From the NCBI GenBank assembly GCA_030390025.1, contig JASTWF010000363.1:124001-188000 (forward strand): DNA of 64,000 nucleotides, in the 5' to 3' direction. The stretch is from Squalus acanthias (lineage: Eukaryota). The position numbers and the translations under genes were made by a program. How positions within the stretch are numbered: position 1 is the stretch's first letter; the number at the start of each line of letters is the position of its first letter. This document shows positions 10,783 to 23,189 of the stretch, piece by piece. A model generated the notes under the pieces. That model saw only the letters and a program-made list of their open reading frames with translations. It had not been told where the DNA came from and did no database searches.

Positions 10783-11369
10783 TAATCTGCGCGCGCAGGT
10801 GGTCGCAGCGGTAAGTTTTAGCGCCGCCGCACAATGTCAAGTTAAGTTCCCGAGCGGCGCAAACATCGCTGCGCCCGGGCGTTAGCGGCTTTGCGCCCCA
10901 TTAGCGCCCTCTTAAGGCGCTAACGGGAGGCGCAACCAACTGAATTTTTACCCCTTCTTCTTTCAAGAAGTCTTGACAGATAGCACGTCAGACGTTGACG
11001 TGCGCTGTCAGTGACTTCCCCCTAATTGGCCTGCTGAGCCCGCAGGGTGGGCTTAACAAGGTCAATCAGGGGAAAATCCCGCTGGTTGGCCAGAAGATGA
11101 TGGAGGCGGGACTGAGACCCGACAAGCAGCAGTCCCGTCTCCAACTCGTCTCCATTCACAAAATCCAGGCCATGTTGTTAATAAATTGTATTGTCGAGGG
11201 TGGGGGGGCAAGCCAAGTAAACGCCAGTCAATATCTCACAGTGAGAACAGAAAATTAATTACCATTCTTAATCGGGCCTCACAGGTTCTTTTAATATACC
11301 TTTTTGGTAACCCTGTTAATTGTATGTGTTAACCTCTATTTATTGCAGCTTCTGTTGGCCTGTTTTAGA

Positions 11370-11890
11370 CCATAGATTAGAGTACTGTGTGTGGTTTTGG
11401 ACACCCCATTATAGAAAGGACATTAAAACCATACCAAACAGCATCGATTCACCCTGGTGATTCTAGCGATGGGAAACTATAGTTATGAGTAGCGATTTGA
11501 GATATTGGCGCTATTTCCCCGGAACAGAACGGAGGAGATTAAATTTAGGTTTTTAAAATTAGAAGGGGTTTTGATAGGATCAATAGGGAAAGACTATTTC
11601 AGCTGGGGAGTTGGTGACAAGGACTCATCAATGTAAAATTGTTACTATGAGAGTGGGGAGAGAGGTCAGGTGAAATTTCATTCTGCAGAGGGTCATTGGA
11701 GTCTGTAATGTTCTGCTCAGGGTGTAGTTGAGACACAGACCATTGCATCTTTTAGGGAGAAAGTGGATAAATATTTGAAACAGAGAAGACACTGGGGCAG
11801 ACTGGGGCCGTGGGATAGTTTTGGATTGCTCTTGCAAAGAGCTGTTACAGACACAAAGGGCTGAATGGCCTCCTTTTGTGCTGTAAACAT
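11370..11890 (+). mobile_element. Old CR1 3' fragment
   Basis: Degenerate similarity to 19020-19560. Confidence 0.65.
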
Positions 11891-12146
11891 CTACGGATCT
11901 ACAAGCTCCTCACTCACCTCTACTATTAAAGATGACAATGGAAGGTGCGAGGAAATTTGGTTTGAGGAGCCACTTGTGATGGAGAAGAGGATTGCAGTTG
12001 TTCTTGCTCTCCAGGATGACCCTGGACTAACAGGAGGAATTAGCTGCAGAGAGGGATCATTGTTACTTCTTCAGAGGTTTGAGCCAAATCTGGTGATCAA
12101 CAGCCAGGTCAGTCATATGCCCCTTGCACTCAAATGTAGAAACTAT

Positions 12147-13534
12147 GGGCGCGATTTTCCCAATGGAGGCGGGTTGGAGGCGGGTTTCGGTTTGGGTGGG
12201 TTCCAAACCCACCTCCACTGAGAGGTGGGAAAAATTTGCGATTTTCCCCTAATTGTCAAGTTGATTTCAGAGGTGTGGGTTTCCCTGGGCCAATTAGTGT
12301 TTTGGGACTGAAACTCGCTTCTGCTGACGTCACTTATCCAGCTTCATTTAAGGGCTGCTTGCTGCCTTGGCTCATTTCACTGGCTTTTGGTCGATGCTGC
12401 ACCACCTCCAAGCTGTTATCTCCTTGAAGAATGGCCAGCTCCAAGGCAAGGGCCTCCCCGAGGTTCTCGGATGAGGCATTGGGTATGCTGGTTGAGGGGG
12501 CGAGAGCTAGCAGGGAGGTGCTCTTCCCCTCATCTGGGAGGAAGAGGCCTCCCAAAGAAACCAAGGCTGTGTGGGTTTAGCTGGCAAGGGATATAAGCTC
12601 CAGATCTTTGTGCAGATTGGGTAATTGTTTCTGTTTATTGATGAAATGCCATCCCTGTGGGAATGTATTAAAATTCGGTGATGGCAAACTGTTGGCGTGA
12701 TGGCATCTGTTATTTCGGCTTAAGCAGCTCCACATTGCAGGCTTGCGTGGTCAGGTTGGTGGTCAGAGTGAAAGGATGCCAGAGAGTCATGTCCATTGTC
12801 TATCATGTGTTAAGCAGGAGCCAAGCACATGTGCCACAATGGGCAACCTATGCAAATCTGGACAGGATGAGTGCATTCCTTGCACGACGTGCTTCCATGC
12901 ACTAGCGCCTTCTGCCCTGTGCAGCATCAAGTGGGTGAGCAGGAGGTTGGGGCTCCTGCTGCTGTTGCTGCTGAGCTGCCTGGTTCTGCGCTGCCGTGGC
13001 TGCTCCTCATCCGAATCTGAGGTCCATGATGAAAGGAAATAAATGGTTCCCATGCTGCTGGCAGATACCTCCGTTCAGGAAGCGCTAAGTCCAAGCGGGG
13101 AGAGGGTCTTCCAAGGCGGTCCCACAGTTGAGAGATAGAAGCTGCAGGCCTGCTAAAAGTGTCACCTGCAACTGCTCCCTGATGAAAGCTCCGTTTTAAT
13201 GGCGGAGCTGCAGCTGTGAGGAGGCCACCCACTTGTCAACCCGCCAGGATTAGCTGGCGTGGTTTAGGAGGGTCATGCAACACGCTGAAAATGTGGTAAA
13301 ATAACGAAGGCCTGTCAAAATAGGAGTATAGAGGCCCTTAACTGCTATTTAAGGGTCTTAACCACCTCTCCCGACTGATCGAGGCGGGACCGAATCGCAC
13401 CCATCAAACCCACTTCCGGCAAAATTGCGTGGAGGCGGGTTGGAGGCGGGTTCCGAACCCGCCCTCAGTTTTTGCCATTTTGCCAACTGTCCCGCCTCCA
13501 AACCCGCCTCTTCGGGGCTGGGAAAATCGTCCCC
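12147..13534 (+). mobile_element. Internally deleted Harbinger with Myb and transposase stubs
   Basis: TIRs GGGCGCGATTTTCCCA / TGGGAAAATCGTCCCC; + stub MASSKARASPRFSDEALGMLVEG..EVLFP from 12430; - stub MEARRARNALILSRFA* (12848-12898) like the transposase C-terminus. Confidence 0.85.
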
Positions 13535-14255
13535 ATTGGGCTTGAATCCATGAAGGTGGCTGTTGTACTGGGGGCAATAATGGGAATGGTGGACTATCTG
13601 GGAGCTGTGTGGACAAGGGAGGCAAAAATGCAGGAGAAGCAATTATGGAACAATTTGATGTAGGTGTCAGTGCCAGTGTGGGTGATGAGCCAAAGGTGAG
13701 AGAATTGGAAGTTGGAGATTGTGCTGCTGAGGGAGTTCAGAGACAGATTTTTCCAGTGGCAAAAGAGAAGACAGAAAGATGAGTACAGGGATATTTAGAA
13801 TGAAGGAAATTATGAAATAATCAAAAACTGTTATGTTGATGATCAAAACCTTCAAATTAGTCAGGCCTGGTTAAAAGCACCAAGGATGAGGAGTTTGTCA
13901 AAGTTAAGACTCGGTCAGAAGGGAGGAGATTTCAGGATGGAAGTTGTCAAGGGACCTGGTTTGGGGGGGTGGGTGACTAAACAATCAGGATTTTGTAAAA
14001 GAGATGTGGAAGGTTGCAGTGAGTGTACTATTTAAATTTGGGAAGTGTGTTACAGAATTTTAGAGAGAGGCTAATGAGACCCGGAGATCAGTATCACTCA
14101 CACCCAGAAGCAGACAGTGTTTGTTTTTTTAACGGATTTTGTTGTTTCCATTATGCACATGTGATTTTATTGCTGATCACATAATTAAATGATAATTATA
14201 AGGATTGAAAGAACAAGTCAGATCCTTATTTTACTGACAGTACAGTCTCCCACAG

Positions 14256-14421
14256 GTATTAATGTTGACAACCACTGGAAGGAACTTGTCAGAGTCACCA
14301 AGAATCACGCCAAAGACCACATTCTTGTCTTCACTGACGCCCATATACTGATGTCCCTGCTTGGAGCTAAAGACACTGAGAGCACAAATCAGTTCATCAC
14401 ATCACTGCAAGAACTCTCCCA
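14256..14421 (+). CDS. TTC38: TTC38-like copy A, exon (~11)
   Basis: cacag|GT ATT...TCC CA|gtaagc; 166 nt, INVDNHWKELVRVTKNHAKDHILVFTDAHILMSLLGAKD...LQELS; phase fits both neighbours. Confidence 0.95.
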
Positions 14422-15352
14422 GTAAGCATGTCTGTAAATTGGATACTTCTAGCCATCTAAAGGTCTGAGAGTAGGTTCGCTACCTACTCTCTCAGGACGG
14501 GTATACCACAAGCATAGTAAAGGATGGAAAGGGAAAATATTTTACAATGTCCAAATTAAACAACAATGCTGTCCTTCTTGTTCTGACCTGCTCGGGCTGT
14601 TGCAGTGTATTTCAGATTCAGGATGTGAGGATGTGATGCTTAGCTTGTTGATATACTGTGATATTGTTACTGAGAGTTTTATTTATTTTTAAAAGTGTTT
14701 CATTGACGATGAGTCCATCTTGCACCTTCTCTAGTGTTCTAGGTGGTATTGTGCATAGATGTCGTCATTCCAGCTCAAGGCCTGGGATAGAATTGAATCC
14801 CATACTTTGGCTGTCTCCTTACAGTGCTGTCCTGAGGGTCAATAGTAAAAAGAGTTTTAGCGATTTCAATTCAGTTCCCAGTGAGCATGCTGCTAACACT
14901 GGGAGCCACAAATATTCCACTAACCAGTGTTGACTATCCTCACTTTAACAAGCGCAAGCGTTGTCCCACCCACCAATAAATCAAAAATGTATTGAAATTG
15001 GGAGTTAGGCCACTGTACTGAATTACAATGTGCTATTCCTGATGTCGCTCAATCAGTTTTAGCTGTGACTTTTAATTTCACACACATTCAACCAAATCCA
15101 TAAAATTACTGTCTACTTTTTCCTGCATTTTGAGTCAGGGAGAGAAAACCTTGTAGCCCAGTGTTGCAATAACTTGTATTTGTAGCCAATGCAGTGTAGT
15201 GAATTCACTTCATCAGCCCTGCTAATATAGCAGCAGTTCATTTCTAGAGAGCAGAGAGAGCGAGCTGACTTAATGCTCTGATTATTAAAGAAAATTAAAA
15301 ATAGGTAGTGAAAAATAACACGTTTGAATTAGTTTCATAAGTTGTTTTTCGA

Positions 15353-15660
15353 GGCCCCTGATGGCTCACTGGGTAAGTGTGAAGTATATTATTGAACCAT
15401 ACTGATCAGGGAGGTCACATGTTTGTGCTGAATTAGCCAATCGCAGCCATGTTGCAGTCAGTCTTGGAATCTCTTTTGGCCAATGACCCTCTCCAATGAT
15501 ATATTTTGGAAATGCATGTGTGGACATCACATGAAGACAGGGTTAAACTGTTATGCTGACCTCCACAGCCAAATAACAGTCCAGAACAGTCAGTTGGGTG
15601 AGGTATAGAACACCGACAACCACTCATGGAACTGATTCACTGCCTTCAAGAGAGAAGGGG
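15353..15660 (+). mobile_element. Degenerate tRNA-derived SINE (possibly AmnSINE2-like)
   Basis: gatggctcactgggtaa A-box-like start; gccatac..gtgctgaattagc motif, similar in reverse at ~20990-21080; family name from memory only. Confidence 0.4.
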
Positions 15661-16065
15661 TAAACGGGAAAATAATCAGAGGGAAAATTCAAGGTGAAAA
15701 GAAAAATCTTTTACTGGGGCAAAACTGCACACTTGTGTACAAGTGAGTAACTGTGGAACATAGAAGATGGGTTCCAGTGAGATGTGCCATTCAGACAAGT
15801 GGATTTGACCACAGAACACATCAACAGCAGCAAGTCACATTTGTACTGTGCTGCTCAGGTACACTTATTGTCGAAATGCAGCATATCTGGACTTGAGTGG
15901 TTGTCTATTTATAAAATTGGCAACTAATTTTAGTAATTCATTAATTTCACATCGTTTGTTCAAATCAAGAAATGAAAGACTAATTTATACTGATGTGTCA
16001 TTAAGGAGGAATGCAGCAGTGATCCTGCAGTTTATGCAGATATGTGGATTTGAGAATAATATTTA

Positions 16066-16797
16066 GGGCTAGAAAGTCGCCTCCTTTGCGCACGCCGTTG
16101 GTGCCCCCGCAAACGGTTATCGCCCGGTGGGGGGCGATAATAGAGCCTCCTGAGAAATTCACCGGGGCACTGCTGAGGCGCTAGCCGATAGCGCCGCGGA
16201 CCACCGGTAGCGGCCCCGGCTGCTGCACCTCTGCCGATGACGTCATCGCCGAGCGACACGACCCTTAGCGCCCTGCCGTGGCCCCTTGCCGCCCCACGGC
16301 AGAAATTAGGCTGCGTCCCGTGAGGCTCCCGGGGGCAATGTCATCGACAGCCTCGCGGGTCGCGAACCGGGCCGCACACCGCTTGCGGGGTGGTAATGAA
16401 AGGGGAAGTCCAGCGCGCCCCGCGCTTCCATTTTATTCATTTCACCGACCTCTGGGTCAGCCCCTCATGGCGACCCTTGCCGTGGTTCGTGGCCACCATC
16501 GCGCAACCCAGCACTGCATCTCCGTGCCGGGCTGCGGCCACGGCACCACGCCTCCCTGGTGGGCTAGTGGAGGCCGTGAAACGGCCTGTAGACCTCACAG
16601 CGTCCCTCCCATTTAACGGAAGGGGAGGGGCGGTGAAACACCTCAGCACAACGCGGAGCAGCCGCCCCGAGAGGAAGTGCAGCGCCCGAGATAGCGCTCC
16701 GCTTCCTCGCCAGGGTTGTACTCCCATGCTGGGCGCTAAATGTCTGGCGTTAATTTGGTTACTGCCCCGAAATGGGTCGTAACCGAATTTCGCCCCC
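16066..16797. mobile_element. Harbinger-type MITE, CpG-rich
   Basis: Ends GGGCTAGAAAGT / AATTTCGCCCCC flanked by TTA/TAA; TTAGCGCC-type subterminal motifs like the 6754 family. Confidence 0.75.
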
Positions 16798-17305
16798 TAA
16801 GGGTTTAAATGCAGCTGATGAAGGAATTTTTGCTTTTGTTACCTTTGAAAGGTTTAAACCAAGTTTTCATGTGCTGGAGTTTATTGGAGCATCCCTACTG
16901 CTTGTGTTTGTTTTTTAGTTTAATGATTTGTTTTTATTGTGTTTCCCAAAGTTGGAATGAAGGTGCTGGTAATTATCTGATACCTGGTCATGAGGTAAAT
17001 CTTAAACAGTCGAAGACAATCCTGTGAAGGAACATTTTGTTCTGGTGGTATCACATTGGTGCAGAGAAAATGTAGAAAGCAAATTTCTTCCTTTGTGAGG
17101 AAAACCTCTGGTGAGGTCTCGGGTCAGGTCTTCCTGTTTTCCAATTGAGTTCTGTTCATCTACAATAACAAATCTGCTTCAATCCATTTCTGAAAAAAAT
17201 GCAAGGTGATCTTTATGGAAAGAAAAGTCTGAATTCAATTCACATCAGACATTATGCAGTGTCTCAGATTGGAGAATGTTGTTTCTTTTATTTTTTATTT
17301 TTCAG

Positions 17306-17465
17306 AACTCCTGGTGAGAACTATCAACACCAGCTTGGTCGAGATTTGGGACTTCCCATCTGTCAGGCAATAATAGAGTTTGCAAATGGAAATTATAGTG
17401 GCACTGTGGATCTGTTAAATCCAGTTCGTTACCAGATCCAGAACATTGGGGGCAGTAATGCAGAG
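17306..17465 (+). CDS. TTC38: TTC38-like copy A, exon (~12)
   Basis: ttcag|A ACT...GAG|gtattt; 160 nt, TPGENYQHQLGRDLGLPICQAIIEFANG...IGGSNAE. Confidence 0.95.
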
Positions 17466-17579
17466 GTATTTTGCAATATCTTTTCAGAATAACCTATATC
17501 AGCAGAAATCAGACTCGGATGTCAAACTAAACAGACTTCGGTCCTGAGAATAGACTGTGCAAGCAATAGCAACATTCGG

Positions 17580-17815
17580 CACAAGAGTAGGCCGATCAGC
17601 CCCTTGAGCCTGCTCCGCCATTCGATGAGATCACGGCTGATCTGTACCCAGCTCCATTTAGCCGCCTTTGCTCCAAATCCCTTGATACTTTTACCTCACA
17701 AAAATCTATTGATCTCAGTCTTGAAAGTTCCAATTGTCCTATCATCCACAGCTGCTTGGGGGGAGAGAATTCCAGATTTGTACTACCCTTTGTGTGAAAA
17801 AGTTCTTTGAAATTT
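17580..17815 (-). mobile_element. CR1 3' end fragment
   Basis: Reverse-complement similarity to 19340-19565. Confidence 0.8.
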
Positions 17816-17821
17816 CCCTCC

Positions 17822-18455
17822 AAAGCACCTGGAAAAAAACTCTCTCCCAACTCTCTTTAAACTGCACTTATGAAATCCCAACTGTCCAACCTTTGGCTCT
17901 CCATTCACCAGGACATTTCTGCAGCTACCGGTCTGCTCAACCACACCCTCACCACCACCTTTGATGCCCTAGTCCCTATTAAAACCACTACTCTATCTCA
18001 CCCTGGCCGCTCCCCCGGTACGGCACTCATCTCCGCTCCCTTAAGTCCAAGGGACGCAGACTTGAATGGATATGGTGGACAACTGGTTGAGCCATTTACC
18101 GCCAGATCTGGCTGGACCACATAAAGCATTATCAGGTCCTGGTCTCATCTGCCAAAATTGCTGACTATTTCAGAATCATTCTGGACTGCAAAGATAAACC
18201 CCAGCTCCTATTCTCTACTGCTAACCATCTTCTTAAACCCCTCTCCCCTATCTCCTCCACCCTCACCTCCGACAACAAGTGTGAGGAGCTCATGGACTTC
18301 TTTGTCTCTAAGATTGAGACCATCCGTTCAGCGGCCTCTGCCACTTCCCTGCCTTCCCCTAGCCCACCGTGCAAAACTTCCTCTAAGGATCCCCCCTGCC
18401 CTAGCGCCGAACTCACATCTTTCTCCAGCTTCTCTCCAATCTCCCCTCATGACCT
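17822..18455 (+). mobile_element. L2-type LINE fragment
   Basis: Reverse-complement similar to 27000-27620; MDFFVSKIETIRSA. Confidence 0.8.
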
Positions 18456-18456
18456 C

Positions 18457-19580
18457 ATGGGATTGGGGGTAATATACTGGCATGGATTGAAAATTGGTTA
18501 ACAGCCAGGAAACAGAGAGTAGGAATAAATGGGTCTTTTTCGGGGTGGCAGGCGGTGACTAGTGGGGTATCGCAGGGATTAGTGCTTGGGCCCCAGCTAT
18601 TCACAATATATATCAATCATTTGGATGAGGGAACCAAATGTAATATTTCCAAGTTTGCTGACGACACGAAACTAGGTGGGATTGTGAGTTGTGAGGAGGA
18701 TGCAAAGAGGCTTCAAGGCGATTTAGACAAGTTGAGTGAGTGGGCAAATACATGGCAAATGCAGTGTAACGTGGATAAATGTGAAGTTATCCGCTTCGGT
18801 AGGAAAAACAGAAAGGCAGAGTATTATTTAAATGGTGATAGATTGGGAAATGTTGATGTACAGAGGGACCTGGGTGTCCTTGTACACCAGTCACTGAAAG
18901 CAAACATGCAGGTGCAGCAAGCAGTTAGGAAGGCAAATGGTATGTTGGCCTTCATTGCAAGAGGATTTGAGTACAGGAGCAAGGATGTCTTACTACAGTT
19001 ATACAGGGCCTTGGTGAAACCACACCTGGAGTACTGTGTGCAGTTTTGGTCTCCTTACCTAAGAAAGGATATACTTGTCATAGAGGGAGTGCAGCAAAGG
19101 TTCACCAGACTGATTCCTGGGATGGCAGGACTTTCGTATGAGGAGAGATTGGGTCGACTAGGCCTGTATTCACTAGAGTTTAGAAGAATGAGAGGGGATC
19201 TCATTGAAACGTATAAAATTCTGACAGGGCTAGACAGACTGGATGCAGGGAGGATGTTTCCCCTGGCTGAGGTGTCTAGAACGAGGAGTCACAGTCTCAG
19301 GATACAGGGTAGGACATTTAGGCCTGAGATGAGGAGAAATTTCTTCACTCAGAGGGTGGTGAACCTATGGAATTCTCTACCACAGAAGGCTGTGGAGGCC
19401 AAGTCACTGAATATATTTAAGAAGGAGATAGATAGATTTCTGGACACAAAAGGCATCAAAGGGTATGGGGAGAGAGCGGGCATATGGTATTGAGATAGAG
19501 GATCAGCCATGATCATATTGAATGGCGGAGCAGGCTCTAAGGGCCGAATGGCCTACTCCTATTTTTCTATGTTTTATGTT
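18457..19580 (+). mobile_element. CR1 LINE 3' fragment (RT C-terminal half; ORF 18555-19493)
   Basis: SGVSQGLVLGP, KFADDTK, RPHLEYCVQFW-like, RRMRGDLIETYK; CR1-type 3' tail. Confidence 0.95.
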
Positions 19581-19911
19581 ATAGTATTCATCTTCATTAA
19601 TAGTGTGTGCATTGATTGAAGTGGAAACCAGATCCCAAAATGCAGACTGTACATTGGAGTTATGGAGAATGCCCTTCATATTGTCAAGGAATAAAACACT
19701 CACAAATTTCTATTATCTTTTTATATCCATTCGTTATTGGGTTTTTTAAAAAAAAACTTTGAATCTATTTCCCTTTTTCTATTTCTTTTGCCCCATTTCT
19801 CCTGAAGGGGCTTAAACTGCTGTTTCATACTGTCATCAGCCTTCCCATGCCTTTCTCAAGTTATCAGTCTTTCGCTCCAGTCAGTAATCTTCATATATGA
19901 TGCCTCGCATT

Positions 19912-20054
19912 GGGGGTGAATTTCAACTTCGGCGGTAGAATAAAAGAGGCGTTAGCAAATCGGCAGCCTATTTTACACCCCGCCCGATTTGAAATTGGAC
20001 CGCCGATTCATTATTGCCCGTTTCGCGCTGCTGCTGAAGTAGAATTTCACCCCC
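19912..20054. mobile_element. 143-bp Harbinger/Tourist-like MITE
   Basis: ~27-bp imperfect TIR (gggggtgaatttcaacttcggcggtag), TSD ATT/ATT. Confidence 0.88.
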
Positions 20055-21350
20055 ATTGTCTAATGGCAGGGTATTTGGAGGTGATTACAGTCATGTCTAC
20101 ACATGGTCACTTTAAAGCAAAAGTCACTGGATAGAAATCACAGAAGTGCAATGACTAGCTGATCGTTCTTCTCCCTAGCCCACGGGCACTGAGGCCAATT
20201 GTAGCTTTCCAGATGGGTGCAACCAGGTATATGCACTGTACACAAAGCTGTATGCTTTTTACCTCTGAGAGTGGCATATTAGCTGCCCCAAGGGATTTGA
20301 CTGAAAATGCAGGCTGTTCTACACCTAGATGAATGGCGCTGCTGGTTCTGGCTGCAGTTTGTAGCTGATTCTACGGCTTCACTTCAGGAACAGACTGTAT
20401 GCTGTGTGGGATTTCCTGGTTTAACCTTAAATCTAGACTTCCTTCCTGAGCACAAAGACTGCTTCCAGAGAGCAAAATGGCAGTGCCAGCTATGAGCTAC
20501 AGCTGGAGAAGGCAATGACAAGGTCTTCAGGAATGGAGAGTACATCTGTGAACTGGAGACTTTGGAGAGGGTAGAGCACCTCTATTAACTGGGGTGTGTG
20601 AAGAGTGCCATTAAGCACCGAAGGGGAAACCATATCTCTGAGAACTGGGGATTCGAGGGAGAAGAATGCCTTGTGAATGGGAGGCACATGACTGTTCAAG
20701 TAGCTTCATGGGACGTGATGGTCTGGTTCGTATGAACCCCAAACATCACTTATTTTCCCTATAATTATTAAATTGGAAATCTACCCATTATTAAGTTAAA
20801 ATGATTAAAATTAAGTGTAAGGAGCCATTTCTATTGTAAAACTTGAACATTCTCCAAGAAGAATGCCCTTGGTTTCCACCCCCTTCCCCCACCCCCCACA
20901 CCCCATCCCAATTCATGAGGCAGTGCACCCAGGGGGCAGCAGGTACAATCAGTTCTACATAATTCTAAATTAATTTTCAGCGTACGGTCCTGCCTCAGCT
21001 GAGATGACCTATTTCAATACAGTCTGGGAATGGAGGCCAAGACCATGTGGTCTGTATGGCTTAGTGTTAACTGAGCAGTGCCTCTATCCATGAGGAATCG
21101 GATGCACAGCTGAGAGACTCTTAAAACAAACAAATATTGAATAACGCACAGGCTGGAGTATGTCCCAAGACAGTAATGCTGGAGTGCTGGACTGGTTGAA
21201 ATGCCATTGTAACCTTGAAAGCCCACTTGAGTTGTTTGCTAATATCAGCTGAAATTGAGATGCGCTACTGTACTCTGCTAGAGAATATATTGAAGGAGTT
21301 TGTGGACGATTGTTTTTTTTCTTACTGTTTTCCAACAAACATTTTTCTTC

Positions 21351-21776
21351 TGGTGGCAGCACTCTCGTCTCTGAGTCGGAAGGTTGTGGGTTCAAGTCCA
21401 GAGACTTGAGCACAAAAATCTAAGCTGACACTTCAGTCCAGTACTGAGGGAGTACTGCGCTGTTGGAGGTGCCGTCTTTCGGATGATATGTTAAACCGAG
21501 GCCCCGTCTGCTCTTTCTCAGGTGGACGTAAAAGATCCCATGGCACTATTTCAAAGAAGAGCAGGGGAGTTATCCCCAGTGTCCTGGCCAATATTTATCC
21601 CTCGATCAACATAACAAAAACTGATTATCTGGTCATTATTACATTGCTGTTTGTGGGAGCTTGCTGAATGCAAATTGGCTGCCGCGTTTCCCACATTACA
21701 ACAGTGACTACGCTTCAAAATTACTTCATTGGCTATAAAGCGCTTTGGGATGTCCGGCGGTCGTGAAATGCAAGTC
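21351..21776 (+). mobile_element. DeuSINE (SacSINE1/AmnSINE1-like)
   Basis: B box gggttcaagtcc; Deu-domain-like core gtgccgtctttcggatga..taaaccgaggcccc..gtaaaagatcccatggcact (recalled); L2-like tail. Confidence 0.8.
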
Positions 21777-21955
21777 ATTTTTCCTATTTTTGCCAGGGTA
21801 CTTTCTATCAAACAGGAGTGGTTGGTAGGCTTCTGTGACCAAATTATGTGACTTAGACATATGATATTGTACCATGTAATTTGAACAGCTGTGATATCGG
21901 GATTTATTTCACTGCATGTAATCTCATTCCTTTAAAATAAGTTTGTTTCTTGCAG

Positions 21956-22029
21956 AGAGATCTCTTTAACCTGTTGCTGATCCATGCTGCTTTAAAATCA
22001 GACAGCAGATCTCACCAGAAACTAGCCAG
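21956..22029 (+). CDS. TTC38: TTC38-like copy A, exon (~13)
   Basis: tgcag|AGA...GCC AG|gtatgt; 74 nt, RDLFNLLLIHAALKSDSRSHQKLA(R). Confidence 0.95.
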
Positions 22030-23189
22030 GTATGTGGTCAAGATTTTGTTCAACTATATGTTGTCTTTTTAAAGGAGGGGCGGAATGGAGGGGTGACATA
22101 ATCACACCATTACCAAGGTGGACTGATACAATTGGACGTCACCTTTGGTATCTGGATTTCCACCCAGCCCAGCTAGTTGGGATGAATATTTATTCACTTT
22201 AAGCACGTTTACAATAGCAAATAGCAGTTTGGCCGTATGTTTCATTCTGATGTTCATTGATCCAGTTTGTGTCCCAGGGCAGCATAAATAGACCAGTTGT
22301 TCTGTGATATAACATTTAAAAAGACATTCACTGTGCCTGCACAGAGAGACAGAAGAAACATTGTTAATTTGAAGCACCTGATCTCATTAAATGGATACGG
22401 AGCTAGAATTTGAGTTGTGTAATTCAGTCTAACATTGGATGGCTATTAAGTAGAAGCATAGAATCTTGCAGCATAGAAGGAGGTCACTCAGCCTATTGTG
22501 CCTGGACCGGCTCTTTGAAAGAGCTATCCAATTAGTCCTACTCCCCTGCTATTTCCCTGTAGCCCTGCAAATTTTTCCTTTTCTAGTATATATCCAGCTC
22601 CCTTTTGAAAGTTAATATTGAAGCTGCTTCCACCACCCTTTTTCCTGACTGAAAATAGCTTGGGCAAGCTTTCCCTGGTAATTGCTGTACGACAGTACTG
22701 TAAGAAGAATGGTGGTCAGTAAATCCATAAACCACACAGAGTTTTGGTCCATAACTCCACATCAGAGAATAGGCTTGGAGATTCCATGTGTAAGCATTAT
22801 TAGATGCCTGAAGCTTAGCTCATTTGAACAGCCTTGAACTAATCAGTTCAAATGATCTTAAGTTGCCCAATTCAGTTACAGCTGGAACACTGCACGCTAC
22901 TGAGTAAATTAGCGCAATCACTCGCTTGCCAGAGTCATCAAAAATGTAGATACAACAGGAATTTATAACACTTTTATAATAACATGATTAATACACCATC
23001 AAATTGAGCATTAAGGAGTACATGAGAATTTGCAAACTCCAGCATGGTTTAGGTATACCACAATAACTCATTATCAGCTGGGCTCTATTTAATACAACAA
23101 GGATTGGCTCATCATACAAGATTACATAAATTGGCAAAGTTATTCATTTGCACAGGTGACATATTAACAGTTTTGAATAACAAGTCTAT

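Larger units (their letters stand above)
6754..10954 (+). mobile_element. Autonomous PIF/Harbinger DNA transposon, apparently intact (4201 bp)
   Basis: TIRs GGGGTAGAAATT / AATTTTTACCCC (11/12 match); 3-bp TSD TTC (6751-6753, 10955-10957); two convergent uninterrupted genes; CpG-rich. Confidence 0.95.
6141..11171 (-). mobile_element. Non-autonomous Harbinger (family B) split by the autonomous element
   Basis: TSD ATG/ATG; ends gagcaggatttt / aaaatccaggcc; 6141-6753 and 10958-11171 are reverse-complement-similar to the ends of 35555-36578. Confidence 0.8.

Noticed and set aside
16066..16797. CpG-island promoter of a hidden host gene
   Set aside because: Bounded by Harbinger-like TIRs and TWA triplets; overlapping ORFs are GC-rich noise.
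18555..19493. Functional reverse transcriptase gene
   Set aside because: 5'-truncated CR1 lacking the endonuclease and the first RT motifs.
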